In this document: positions 51,080 through 61,145 of the stretch, piece after piece
Numbering within the stretch: position 1 is the first letter of the stretch
How the letters are laid out: every line of letters starts with the position of its first letter
Assembly: GCA_964017825.1 (NCBI GenBank)
Contig: CAXHMA010000001.1
Coordinates: 193,115 to 257,114, forward strand
Length of the DNA: 64,000 bases
Reading direction: 5' to 3'
From: an uncultured Alphaproteobacteria bacterium
GTDB lineage: Bacteria; Pseudomonadota; Alphaproteobacteria; RF32; CAG-239
Program-made: the position numbers and the translations under genes
The notes under the pieces: generated by a model
Told to the model about the DNA's origin: nothing
Database searches by the model: none
The model's input: only the letters and a program-made list of their open reading frames with translations

Positions 51080-51825
51080 AACAATTTCACAAACAGCGTG
51101 AAACCGGCAACAATAAAGAGCAATTGATTATCTACGGCCGCCATGCCGTTATCAGCGCTTTGAAAAACCCGAATAGAAAAATACAAAAACTGCTGATAGC
51201 CCCCGAAAACCGCAATGAGATTGAAAAGCTTTGCTTAAATATCCCGGCTGTCATCACCGATAAAAAGGATTTTGCCAAAATTCTGCCCGCAGATGCCGTA
51301 CATCAAGGATTTGCCCTTTATTGCCAACGGCTGGAAACATATGACGTTGCCGATTTAACCGCCATGGCGGAAAATAAACAACGCTGCCATGTTTTAATTT
51401 TAGACCAAGTCACCGACCCGCAGAATATCGGCGCGATTATCCGTTCCTGCGCCGCGTTCGAAACGCTTGGGCTGATTGTACAGGATAAAAATTCACCGCT
51501 TGAATCCGGCGCTATGGATAAAGCCGCCGCCGGTACGATAGAGTTTATCCCAGTTGCCCGCGTCACCAATTTAAGCCGCGCCATAGAAACGCTGAAAGAC
51601 AACGGTTTTTGGGTTATGGGCATGGACGGCTATGCCGAAACCACCATTGATAAAATCAACAAAAACGGTAAAATTGCGATTGTCATGGGTTCCGAGGGCA
51701 AAGGCATGCGCCGCCTCGTGCAGGAAAACTGCGATTCGTCGGTCAAGCTCCCGATTTCTCCGCATGTGGAAAGCTTAAACGTCTCCACGGCCGCCGCCAT
51801 TGCTTTGTATGAATTAAGCAGATAA
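51076..51825 (+). CDS. rlmB: SpoU/TrmH-family rRNA 2'-O-methyltransferase (RlmB-like)
   Basis: 'MGSEGKGMRRLV…LNVSTAAAIALYEL'. ATGA overlap with the murQ stop. Confidence 0.85.
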   Translation: MKQFHKQRETGNNKEQLIIYGRHAVISALKNPNRKIQKLLIAPENRNEIEKLCLNIPAVITDKKDFAKILPADAVHQGFALYCQRLETYDVADLTAMAENKQRCHVLILDQVTDPQNIGAIIRSCAAFETLGLIVQDKNSPLESGAMDKAAAGTIEFIPVARVTNLSRAIETLKDNGFWVMGMDGYAETTIDKINKNGKIAIVMGSEGKGMRRLVQENCDSSVKLPISPHVESLNVSTAAAIALYELSR

Positions 51826-51843
51826 ACTCATTTCAAACACCTT

Positions 51844-51871
51844 AACAGCGGCAATCACGCCGCTGTTTTTT
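51844..51871. terminator. Bidirectional intrinsic terminator
   Basis: aacagcggc-aatcac-gccgctg plus T6. Confidence 0.7.
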
Positions 51872-51880
51872 ACGCAAGCG

Positions 51881-54800
51881 TCAGAAATTGCACCGAACGC
51901 CCAAACCGCCCTCAACATTGCTCTCTTTTTCGGCATTATGCGCAATTTCCGCCGCCACCGAAAAATCTCCGTCTTTATAAACGGCTTCTGCCGATGTTCT
52001 GATTCTGTCTTTATTTTCGTCATACCCGTTGAGATGATAACGAACCGGTGAGCCGTTCATACCGACCGTCAAATCTTTATACGGGTCTAAAAATTCATGA
52101 TAGTACTTAACCCCGACAGCCAACATCAAAGAACGCTCCTTTGCCAAAGCAACGCGCTTGCGCAGCTTAACCCCGACACCGCTTTCCAGCGACAGCGAAT
52201 TATTCGCATGCAGATTCAGTCCCTCGTCCTCTTTGGCCTTAGACATTGAACTGCCTTGCAAGTTCAGCTCTGCCTCAGCCACCAGTTCTGCAACCTTCAT
52301 ATCTACGCTGTATTCGGCATGGTTGTACAAACCGTAATATAAATCAAGCGTATCTGCATCATAAGAGCCCGAAACGGCTTTTCTCTTATAAGAGCCATAG
52401 CCGACGCCAACCTCAGGCATGGCCAAAAACGTCATATTCCCGTTTTGATACATAATCGGCAAAAAGGCCATCAGTATTTTATTTTCTCTGCTTGAACGCG
52501 CTTCGTCATAATCCGCATCGGCATATGCCGCGCGCAAAGTGCCGCCCATACTCCAATTTCCGCTGAGCTTGCCGCCGAAACCTAAATATGCGCTGTATAC
52601 ATCGTCGGCATATCCGCTGAGCCCGCCGGAAGCGTCTTTGCCGGTCCGGTAATAATCAGCTCCGACAGACCTGCCGTTCAACCCGTCTTCCAGTATCCTG
52701 TTTTGTTCCTGCGTATTCAAACCGCGCAGAACCGCCATATTTTCCCTTTGCAGATTGGCATAAAACGTTTTACCGCTTTCTTTTTCCACTGTTGCATTAA
52801 ATTCTTTTTTATCTTCTGCAGCTTTCAATGCATTGAACATTTTTTCATTATTCTGCAAACCGTAATTCGTTTCAAAAAATGCGGCCAAATCTTTTTCTTC
52901 CACCAAATCATCAAAACTCTTGCGATTGAGCTCTACATCAACGGTATCGTTTTTATCTTTAAGTGAAGCGTCAAACATATACGATTCGGAAGAAACATTC
53001 AGCCCCTCGTTCCTCCCTGCGAAAGAATTCTGATTGGTATATGTATCGTCAAACCCGCCCGTCACGATATCTTTCCCGGCAACGACATCCCCTTTGAAAC
53101 TGTCTGCGGCATATGTTCCGCCCGATGCTATCACAAAAGCACCGCTCTCATCGCGTAACGTATCAAAATCAACATCCGTTTTACCGAAATCCGCCTGACC
53201 TTTGTTGACAAACGCAGCATTCTCACCGACAAATATCGGAGCATAGTCCGTCGGGCTGATTGATTTGGTTTTCTTATCCTCGCTTGCATCTTCACACGTC
53301 CCGCCGACACCTACATTTGCGCAATGTCCGCCTTTTTCGGAATCAAACATGATTTTCCCGCCGTTGATAAATTTACCGGAATTTGTTACATATGCGCCAT
53401 ATCCGCTTTCGGTTATTGCTATTGTGCCGTAATTTGTTGCAGTTGAAGACGCACCGTCAACATGTATACCTTTTCCGTTACCAACCGTAATCGTGCCGTT
53501 ATTGACTGCCGAACCGCTCGTAACATAAACACCCGTTCCATTGACAATCGTAATGTTTTTTGCATTATTGAAACGACCGCCTTCGACTTTAACACCCAAT
53601 GTATTGCCGTCAATAGTCCCCGAATTGGTGAAATCCCCTGTAACGACGACACCTGCACCGACACCGTTATTTGTAATAGAGCCGATATTACTGCCGGAAC
53701 CTCTTACGCCGGTTCCTGATTCATTAACGGTTATTGTTCCGCTGTTCTTTATATTGCCATCCACGCCGGTACCGTCGGAATAAACCTTAATTTCACCCTT
53801 ATTTTCCACTGCGCCGTAAACACCGGTACCGGAATTAACCGTAATGGTTCCGCCATCGTTTTTGGCGGTTGCTCCGGTATTGTAAATCCCGTAAGCAGAA
53901 TCACCGTTTACCACAATATCAGTATAATTGCGGACATTTCCCGCTACGGCATAAATCCCGATGCCGCTGTCATTAGCGGTAATTGTCCCGTTATTGGTAA
54001 CTTCTGCGGAAGAGCGAATACCTTCTGCTCCGCCGGAAGCGGTAATCTTACCGTTTTCATTATCAAAATGAGCCCCGTTGACAACTACAACACCCTTATT
54101 TCCGTCACCGGTAACGTTTATATTGCCTGTATTTGTTCCTAAGGTATAAGATATAGTCGTGCCGTCCGACAAATAAATACCCGTACCGCCTGTTACATTA
54201 ACGCTGCCGTTATTTTCCACCTGTGCGGCGTCTTCCGCTCTGATACCCGTTCCCCCGTCTGACACATTGATAGAGGATCTGCCGTCCGTACTTACAAAAG
54301 TTTGGGAATTCTGCCCGTACATACCGATAGTTTCGCTACCGGATACATTTAATGTGCCCTGATTATAGGCACTGCCGGCACTCCCGGCAGCAATCGCCAT
54401 CGTCCCGTTTTGAGCATAAACCGTTCCCTGATTATACACTTTTCCGTTGCTCGCGGCCACAAGCAGATGCGAATTGCTGCCGCTGACATAGGCCGTCGAG
54501 CCAAAACGAACTGACCCCGCATATGTTGCCTTGCCTAAGGTATAACCGTCCACCGTTATCGGGTCATCATAGCGCAAATTAAGCACCGCATTTTCATTAG
54601 CCCAAAAATATGTTGCGTTTTCCAAACCGCTCTGATGTGTAATAGTACCTGCTTCGGCAAGCACTGCATCTGCACCTTCAATCAAAAAAGCAGTCGTATC
54701 ATCTCCTTCAAGAGAAATTGTCCCGTAGTTATATGCTGTTCCGTTCTCCACGTACATTCCGACTGAATTGCTGCCCTTAACATGAATCTGCGGGTTATCA

Positions 54801-57394
54801 TCAAAACCGTATCTGCCGTTAAAAATAAGTCCTTGCTTATCGGTAACATGCATTCCGGCTCCGTCGTTGCCATTCAGCCAAATCGTTCCCCAATTGGTTG
54901 CCTCCGCCCTGTTCTGCGAATCATTGCGCATTCCTTCTGAAAGGGTTGCATTAACCGTAATCGTCCCTCTGTTATTAATAGCGGCCCCGGCCCTCGTCGT
55001 CGAATCCAAAACCATGCCGATATTTCCTTGCAGCGTATCACGGTTATACATATCCAATATAATAACATTGTTATTACTTGCTGAGCCTTGTTTGGAAACC
55101 AGCATACCGGCCGTGCCGTATGTACCGTTGTAATCAGCTTCCGAGAGTGTGGCGCCGATAACAAAGGTTCCGTTGTTAACTATATACTGCCTTGTCGTAT
55201 CGTTATTGGAAGAAGCCCACATCACCGAAGCTATGGGTGCTGATATGACAGGGCGTCCCTGTGAATCTATCGTTGCAGAAAATTCCTCACTGTTATCAAC
55301 TTTATAAATAACGCTGCCGTTATTGACCGCTTCCGAGAAATTACCGCCGAAAACCTTCGAATCCTTCGCCTTGTGTGAAACATAAACTGTACCGTTGTTC
55401 TGTAAGCTGACCGAACCGGCAAAAGCATTATACAGTGCCGTAGACTGCTCTGAATAAACATTGATAATGCCGTCATTAATCAGCGATACCTGATCCGAAA
55501 GCGAATCTCCCGCTGCATACAGACCATAATTGTTCGTATAATAAGACTGCCCGAGCTCAAACCCGAGGTTAATTACACCCTTATTGACAATCTCGCCGCC
55601 GGCAAATGAAGCCATACCGTAAGCATTGCTTACCCGCATATCAATCAGACCGTAATTATAAAGCTTCGGCTGCGACCAATCATAAACTCTTGTTTGTGTT
55701 CCGTCACCTTTTGCCGCTAACATACCGTATGTTGTTCCGCCGGCCTTAGCCTGATTTAAAATGCGGATTGTCCCGCCTGTTTCCGCCCTACTGCCGTCAT
55801 AATCAAAACCGACCGTACCGTTTGTGAGTCCCCCTCCGTGCACGGAAAGCAACCCCGCAGCCACATCCGTTCCGGCACTGCCGATCACCGCATTTTGCAG
55901 ATCAATATCTATATTGCCGGTATTCTGCGCAAAGGTCGAAGCATCGGCGCGCATGCCGATTAACCCGCCGTCACCAAGCTTCAAAGCTGTATCCGCCAAT
56001 GCATATTGGCCTTGATATGATAATTTTATATTACCGTAATTATGCATAAACATCTTTTCCGCATATGCAGGATTGCTATGACCGTTAAGAAACTTATCGT
56101 CAATATAGCTGCCCATGCCGATAAGGCTGACGGAACTGTCCGCCGCATTGTTATAACCGGCAGAAAGCTGAATATCGCCGTAATTGTCTGCCCGTACAGA
56201 CGTCCCGCTGTTATTCGTTCCGGTATAAAAATTAAATAACGCCATACCGAGCATGGTTCCGGAATTGGCGGAAGCGGTTTTGTTGGCAGTACCTTCCCCT
56301 TCGCTGTCGTCAACAAATATATCAGGGATATCGGTACCCGTATCTTTATTGTCTTCCCCCGTTTCGGCATAGGTCGTCGTTCCGGTGATTTTACCGTAAT
56401 TTATTGCCCGTGATCCGGTGTCTGCATACATTCCGATAACGGCATCGCCCTCGTTGCCTCCGGAAAACGCCATATTGATATTACCGTTCAATTCATCTGT
56501 GCTTCTGTCGGGATTATTAAAAACGGTTGCACTGTTGCTGGCCGCCAAACCGATTGCGCCGTTGCGCGCGTTAATTTCGATAATACCATTGTTGCTTACC
56601 GTCGAGCCTTTGCCGTAAGCAGCCGCCCCTACCGCCGCATCGCCCAAACGAAGCCCGCCGCCGAACATATTGTTAAAATACCCGCCGTTAATAACTTTGA
56701 TATAAGCTTGAAGATAATCCGCATTATCCAGCATATTCGGCAAAAATTTAATATTTCCGGTTACTGACGCACCGTTCGGATTGGAAGCATCAAGTTTCAA
56801 AGTATTGCTGACGTTAACATTGTTGTACAATTTTCGGTAATTGTCTATTAACGCGGTAAGCCCGTAACCGGGGTCTGTCGGAATAATCGTATCATCACCT
56901 TCCGCGGGTTTGGATTTGCTGCCCCCGCCGCTTGACAGAGCCAAGGCGCCGCCGCCGACAGCCGCACCGCCCAAAATCCATGGCCACCAGCTCGTCTCAT
57001 CATCTTGATAATACAGTGATTCCTCATTGCCGATAATCCTGTCTGCATTTGCTGCCTGCCGTGAATTGAGAAAATCCTGATATTCATTATACATCCGATA
57101 TGTACAAGGATGACGCGGGTTTGCCCCGCTCATTCTGAAAGTATTGTATGCGATATAATTTTCCCTCTTAACCGCAACGCAAAGCCCGGTATCCCCTTCG
57201 GCATTCATGGCGTCAATATTTAAGCCCCGATTCACCGCATCGCGCAAAATGCCGACCTTACCTTTTGTGGCAAGATAATACATCTTGTTAAAATTCTGCG
57301 GTGACAGCCTTCCGCCATATGCCCAAACATTGCCTGCCGCCATCAAGGCAGCCGCACATACGGCAGAAAACATCAAATCGGTTCTAAATTTCAT
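51881..57394 (-). CDS. Giant (1837-aa) autotransporter: signal peptide, ankyrin module, hydrophobic Gly/Ala segment, Gly/Asn/Thr-rich beta-helix-like repeats, C-terminal beta-barrel
   Basis: Single uninterrupted ORF. N-terminus parallels the S8 autotransporter. C-terminus ends 'LGVRCNF'. Confidence 0.85.
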   Translation of the reverse strand: MKFRTDLMFSAVCAAALMAAGNVWAYGGRLSPQNFNKMYYLATKGKVGILRDAVNRGLNIDAMNAEGDTGLCVAVKRENYIAYNTFRMSGANPRHPCTYRMYNEYQDFLNSRQAANADRIIGNEESLYYQDDETSWWPWILGGAAVGGGALALSSGGGSKSKPAEGDDTIIPTDPGYGLTALIDNYRKLYNNVNVSNTLKLDASNPNGASVTGNIKFLPNMLDNADYLQAYIKVINGGYFNNMFGGGLRLGDAAVGAAAYGKGSTVSNNGIIEINARNGAIGLAASNSATVFNNPDRSTDELNGNINMAFSGGNEGDAVIGMYADTGSRAINYGKITGTTTYAETGEDNKDTGTDIPDIFVDDSEGEGTANKTASANSGTMLGMALFNFYTGTNNSGTSVRADNYGDIQLSAGYNNAADSSVSLIGMGSYIDDKFLNGHSNPAYAEKMFMHNYGNIKLSYQGQYALADTALKLGDGGLIGMRADASTFAQNTGNIDIDLQNAVIGSAGTDVAAGLLSVHGGGLTNGTVGFDYDGSRAETGGTIRILNQAKAGGTTYGMLAAKGDGTQTRVYDWSQPKLYNYGLIDMRVSNAYGMASFAGGEIVNKGVINLGFELGQSYYTNNYGLYAAGDSLSDQVSLINDGIINVYSEQSTALYNAFAGSVSLQNNGTVYVSHKAKDSKVFGGNFSEAVNNGSVIYKVDNSEEFSATIDSQGRPVISAPIASVMWASSNNDTTRQYIVNNGTFVIGATLSEADYNGTYGTAGMLVSKQGSASNNNVIILDMYNRDTLQGNIGMVLDSTTRAGAAINNRGTITVNATLSEGMRNDSQNRAEATNWGTIWLNGNDGAGMHVTDKQGLIFNGRYGFDDNPQIHVKGSNSVGMYVENGTAYNYGTISLEGDDTTAFLIEGADAVLAEAGTITHQSGLENATYFWANENAVLNLRYDDPITVDGYTLGKATYAGSVRFGSTAYVSGSNSHLLVAASNGKVYNQGTVYAQNGTMAIAAGSAGSAYNQGTLNVSGSETIGMYGQNSQTFVSTDGRSSINVSDGGTGIRAEDAAQVENNGSVNVTGGTGIYLSDGTTISYTLGTNTGNINVTGDGNKGVVVVNGAHFDNENGKITASGGAEGIRSSAEVTNNGTITANDSGIGIYAVAGNVRNYTDIVVNGDSAYGIYNTGATAKNDGGTITVNSGTGVYGAVENKGEIKVYSDGTGVDGNIKNSGTITVNESGTGVRGSGSNIGSITNNGVGAGVVVTGDFTNSGTIDGNTLGVKVEGGRFNNAKNITIVNGTGVYVTSGSAVNNGTITVGNGKGIHVDGASSTATNYGTIAITESGYGAYVTNSGKFINGGKIMFDSEKGGHCANVGVGGTCEDASEDKKTKSISPTDYAPIFVGENAAFVNKGQADFGKTDVDFDTLRDESGAFVIASGGTYAADSFKGDVVAGKDIVTGGFDDTYTNQNSFAGRNEGLNVSSESYMFDASLKDKNDTVDVELNRKSFDDLVEEKDLAAFFETNYGLQNNEKMFNALKAAEDKKEFNATVEKESGKTFYANLQRENMAVLRGLNTQEQNRILEDGLNGRSVGADYYRTGKDASGGLSGYADDVYSAYLGFGGKLSGNWSMGGTLRAAYADADYDEARSSRENKILMAFLPIMYQNGNMTFLAMPEVGVGYGSYKRKAVSGSYDADTLDLYYGLYNHAEYSVDMKVAELVAEAELNLQGSSMSKAKEDEGLNLHANNSLSLESGVGVKLRKRVALAKERSLMLAVGVKYYHEFLDPYKDLTVGMNGSPVRYHLNGYDENKDRIRTSAEAVYKDGDFSVAAEIAHNAEKESNVEGGLGVRCNF

Positions 57395-57544
57395 CAGTCA
57401 GACCATATAAAAACAATTGCTTTGAGATGATTCTAAACCGATGTTTCTTAACAAAAAGATAATATACACAAATTATCAACGAAATATTATATGCAAAAAG
57501 CCCCTGCATAATTTGCAGGAGCTTTATACTGCCGAATTTATTTT

Positions 57545-57772
57545 TTATTCGGCATAATAACGGTATTCGCCGGCTTTTCCTTCCACTTCCAAGTTAGGAT
57601 TAACATACGCGGTTGACCCTTTTTCATAGAAGTAAAAATCGCGTCTGAGCCTCGTCTGGTCACGAATAGACAAGGAATTCCATTCTTCTTTCGTTAACCC
57701 GTACGGATAAGTTTCCTCGTTTGCACAACTGCACAACAACCCCATTACCAGCAAAACGCATATTTTTTTCAT
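57545..57772 (-). CDS. Small exported/lipoprotein-like protein (~75 aa)
   Basis: 'MKKICVLLVMGLLCSC' signal. Minus-strand terminator downstream. Confidence 0.45.
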   Translation of the reverse strand: MKKICVLLVMGLLCSCANEETYPYGLTKEEWNSLSIRDQTRLRRDFYFYEKGSTAYVNPNLEVEGKAGEYRYYAE

Positions 57773-57839
57773 TATCAAAACTCCGAATAACAACGTTATC
57801 CGCTTTATAGAGCATATAATCTTGTTTTTCAAGCAAAAA

Positions 57840-58391
57840 CTATATTTCCAGCAAATGGGAAACAAATGCCGTTGCATAATCTTTTTTTAAGTTTTGGTAG
57901 TCCAGATAATAAGCATGCTCCCAAACATCTATGTTGAATATCGGCTTATAGCCCAAAACCAAAGGCGTATCGCCGTTTTTTGTCGTCAGCACTTCCAACT
58001 TGCCGCCCTTTCCCTCTGCCAGCCACACCCAGCCGCTGCCGAAAAATGTTGCGGCTTTATTCACGAGCTCTTCTTTTAAGGTGTCCGTATCCCCGAATGT
58101 TTCTTTAATCTTTGCTTTCACATCGTCTTTCATCTCACTGCCGATTCCGACGGATTTCCAATAAACATTGTGGTTATAAACCTGTCCGGCATTGTTATAC
58201 AGCGTTTGCAAATCGTTTTTTCCATATGTTCGCTCGATAATCTCTTCTACCGGCAAATCCTGAAATTCCGTTCCGGCAATCAGTTCATTGACCTTGTCCA
58301 CATACCCTTTATGATGTTTCCCGTAATGAAAACGAACCGTCTTTTCCGAAATATACGGCTCCAAAGCGTCTTCTTCAAAAGGCAATTTCAT
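57840..58391 (-). CDS. Fe/Mn-family superoxide dismutase
   Basis: 'LPFEEDALEPYIS…HYGKHH…DVWEHAYYLDYQN'. Confidence 0.92.
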   Translation of the reverse strand: MKLPFEEDALEPYISEKTVRFHYGKHHKGYVDKVNELIAGTEFQDLPVEEIIERTYGKNDLQTLYNNAGQVYNHNVYWKSVGIGSEMKDDVKAKIKETFGDTDTLKEELVNKAATFFGSGWVWLAEGKGGKLEVLTTKNGDTPLVLGYKPIFNIDVWEHAYYLDYQNLKKDYATAFVSHLLEI

Positions 58392-58469
58392 CAATTCTAA
58401 CATTTTTCTTCCCCTAAAATTATGATTATCACTTCACAAATGCGGTTAAATGCTTATTTTATAATATAT

Positions 58470-58484
58470 TTTCTTTTTGTTAAT
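58470..58484. promoter_or_regulatory. CtrA-box-like motif TTAA-N6-TTAAC in the ctrA upstream region
   Basis: ttaataattattaac. Spacing is N6 rather than the consensus N7. Confidence 0.2.
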
Positions 58485-58571
58485 AATTATTAACAACCCT
58501 TATATCAAGGATTCACAAATAAAATTTATGTATTATTATACAAATAACAATAAACAAAACGGAGAGGAAAA

Positions 58572-59258
58572 ATGAGAGTTTTATTAATTGAAGACGACTA
58601 TGCCGTTTCCCAAAGCGTAGAAACTATCTTAAAAAAAGAAGGCATGGTTGTTGATACGACCGATGACGGCGAAGACGGGCTGGACTGCGGCAAACTCTAT
58701 GATTATGACATCATTATTTTGGATTTGAACCTGCCCGGAATGAACGGTTATGAAGTGTTAAAAAGCCTGCGTACCGCCAAAGTTACCACTCCGGTTTTGA
58801 TTTTATCCGGCTTGTACGAACCTGATAAAAAGGTTAAAGGTTTGGGCTACGGTGCGGATGACTACCTGACAAAGCCGTTTGACAAGAGCGAACTTCTGGC
58901 GCGCATTCAGGCGATCGTCCGCCGCTCCAAAGGGCATTCGAATTCCATTATCCAAACCGGCCTGGTTGAGGTTAATCTGGATACGCAGACCGTCAGCGTT
59001 GCCGGCAAAGACCTGCATCTGACCGGTAAAGAATACGGCATTATGGAATTGCTCTCGCTGCGCAAAGGCTCAACCTTGAACAAAGAGCAATTCTTAAACC
59101 ACCTGTACGGCGGCATTGACGAACCGGAATTGAAAATCATTGATGTGTTTATCTGCAAACTCCGCAAAAAGCTTGAAAAAGCTTCCGGCGGTAAAAACTA
59201 TATTGAAACTGTTTGGGGCAGAGGTTATATCTTAAAAGACCCTGACGAAAAGAAATAG
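58572..59258 (+). CDS. ctrA: Cell-cycle response regulator CtrA (OmpR family)
   Basis: Near-identical motifs to Caulobacter/Brucella CtrA (MRVLLIEDD…LDLNLP…[14 protein letters not shown]…IETVWGRGY). Confidence 0.93.
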   Translation: MRVLLIEDDYAVSQSVETILKKEGMVVDTTDDGEDGLDCGKLYDYDIIILDLNLPGMNGYEVLKSLRTAKVTTPVLILSGLYEPDKKVKGLGYGADDYLTKPFDKSELLARIQAIVRRSKGHSNSIIQTGLVEVNLDTQTVSVAGKDLHLTGKEYGIMELLSLRKGSTLNKEQFLNHLYGGIDEPELKIIDVFICKLRKKLEKASGGKNYIETVWGRGYILKDPDEKK

Positions 59259-59643
59259 TTTCATAAAAGGATTAAGAGGCGGTTCTCCCACATTTCCGCC
59301 TCTTAATTTTTTGTAACATCCCTTTTGCCGAAATGCAAGTTTAAAGTACCGCTGACAACGGCCGATAATATCAAGCAACTCAAAACCGATTTCCTGTTAA
59401 AATTTTCATGACCGGACTGAAATTGCGGATAAAAAAAGCATCTTAAACGGAAACTTTTTATAAACGGCAAAGAGAGTAAGATTGATGTCGTTGCACGCCA
59501 CCGCACCGGCGTTCATCGGTATTCTGCCGGCCGGCGTACTCCCGCCTGCCTTTCACCGACAGTTGAATCCGCTTCCCTGCGAGTTCGAATGCCAAACCAC
59601 TCATTTATAAAAAAAACGCCCGAAAAGGGCGCTTTTTCATAAA

Positions 59644-59734
<91 letters not shown>

Positions 59735-59810
59735 AACTGTGCGCAAGCTATAACCTTTTTTTTTATTTGGCAAGCATTATTTTTTACTTTTAATAAAAAA
59801 CCTATTGGGA

Positions 59811-61094
59811 TTATTCCCGCTCAACCCGTCCCAGATTAACCTGAATCGGCACATACTTTTCACCTTTGGACGCCCTTTCCTGTCCGGCTCGCTGTTCTTC
59901 AAGCACTTTTTGTTTGCGGTCTTCTATGTTTTTCTTCTGCTCGTCATTATAAACTTTACGTTCTTCCGCCAGCCGTTCGGCATGAAACTCTTTGGCTTTC
60001 TCAAAAATCGCTTCGTCTTTTTCCGCCGGCTTTTGGCTGATCGCCCCTTTAATCTTCAAAAACGCTTTAACTAATTGATCCGTGCTGATACTGCTTTTCG
60101 TCAGGTCAACCCAGCCCGTAAAATGCCCGTTGCTCAAAAATTCCGAAAAATCAATATAAAAATGTTTGGCTTTCTTTTTCTTCTTCGGCGCCAGAATCTT
60201 CTTCAATTCTTCCGCATTCGGAACTCTGCCCAAAGCCTGAGCTATTTGCTGCGGCGTAATGATACATTCGCTCAAATCCAGTTCCATAATATTCACGCCC
60301 GTAAAATCCAGCCCCGTAAAATCAACACCTCTGAGATTAACCTGCCGCAGGTCAATGCGTTTCAAATCCAATAAAGACAAATTAATCCGCTGCAAATTGA
60401 GTTTATGCGGATAATAAACAGCCAGATATTCCACCAAAGCCTGCAATTCTTCAATCGCCAGCTCATCCATTTGAATATTCATCAAAATAGCGTCTTCAAT
60501 ATCCGCGTCCCGCAGAATGACACCTTCCATATTGGCGCCGGTAAAATTAGTCCCTTTCAATTTTGCACCGGAAAAAATCGAATCGCTCAAATCCGCGCCC
60601 GACAAATCCGCGCCGGATAAATCCGCACCGGTAAAATCAGCGCCGGATAAATTCGCTTCTTTAAAATTGACATCCTGCAGATTAGCTGCCGAAAAATCAG
60701 CATGAGCCAGATTTTGACCGCCATAATCCGAACCGACTAAATTCTGCCCGACATGATATTCGCCGCCCAAACTTTCCCTGCGCCGCCCGTGCATTTCGTC
60801 ATAGCGGCTGATTTCGCCGGCAATAGCTTTCCACGAATGGCTGAATTCATACAGTTTAGCCTCAATCTCTCCTTCGACGGCTTCCCCCGATAAAGAAGCT
60901 TCAAGTTCCTGCTCCATAGCCTCGCGGGCTTTCCCGAGCTGGGCATAATATGCCCTGAGCTTTTCCAAACGCTCCGAGTCTTTTCTTTCTTCCGGAAGGG
61001 TATCAACTTTTGCAACCGGCGCAAACGAAACCATCTCAGGCATATCATCCTGCCTGCCGACTGTCAAATCTTTGCTGTTGTCTGAATGTTCCAT
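59811..61094 (-). CDS. Pentapeptide-repeat protein with an acidic N-terminal region and a Lys-rich coiled-coil C-terminus
   Basis: Tandem A(D/N)LSG pentapeptides ('ANLSGADFTGADLSGADLSGADLSDS'). Confidence 0.75.
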   Translation of the reverse strand: MEHSDNSKDLTVGRQDDMPEMVSFAPVAKVDTLPEERKDSERLEKLRAYYAQLGKAREAMEQELEASLSGEAVEGEIEAKLYEFSHSWKAIAGEISRYDEMHGRRRESLGGEYHVGQNLVGSDYGGQNLAHADFSAANLQDVNFKEANLSGADFTGADLSGADLSGADLSDSIFSGAKLKGTNFTGANMEGVILRDADIEDAILMNIQMDELAIEELQALVEYLAVYYPHKLNLQRINLSLLDLKRIDLRQVNLRGVDFTGLDFTGVNIMELDLSECIITPQQIAQALGRVPNAEELKKILAPKKKKKAKHFYIDFSEFLSNGHFTGWVDLTKSSISTDQLVKAFLKIKGAISQKPAEKDEAIFEKAKEFHAERLAEERKVYNDEQKKNIEDRKQKVLEEQRAGQERASKGEKYVPIQVNLGRVERE

Positions 61095-61145
61095 AAAGCA
61101 CCTTACCTGAAATCTGCTTTACTATACACTGTTTTTAGCAAAGTT

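Noticed and set aside
52800-56800. Highly repetitive Gly/Asn/Thr-encoding DNA that could be mistaken for an intergenic repeat array or CRISPR-like periodicity.
   Set aside because: The repeats are degenerate, in-frame and part of one uninterrupted 5.5-kb ORF ending in an autotransporter barrel. They are coding repeats, not a CRISPR array or a DNA satellite. No CRISPR arrays were found anywhere in the window.
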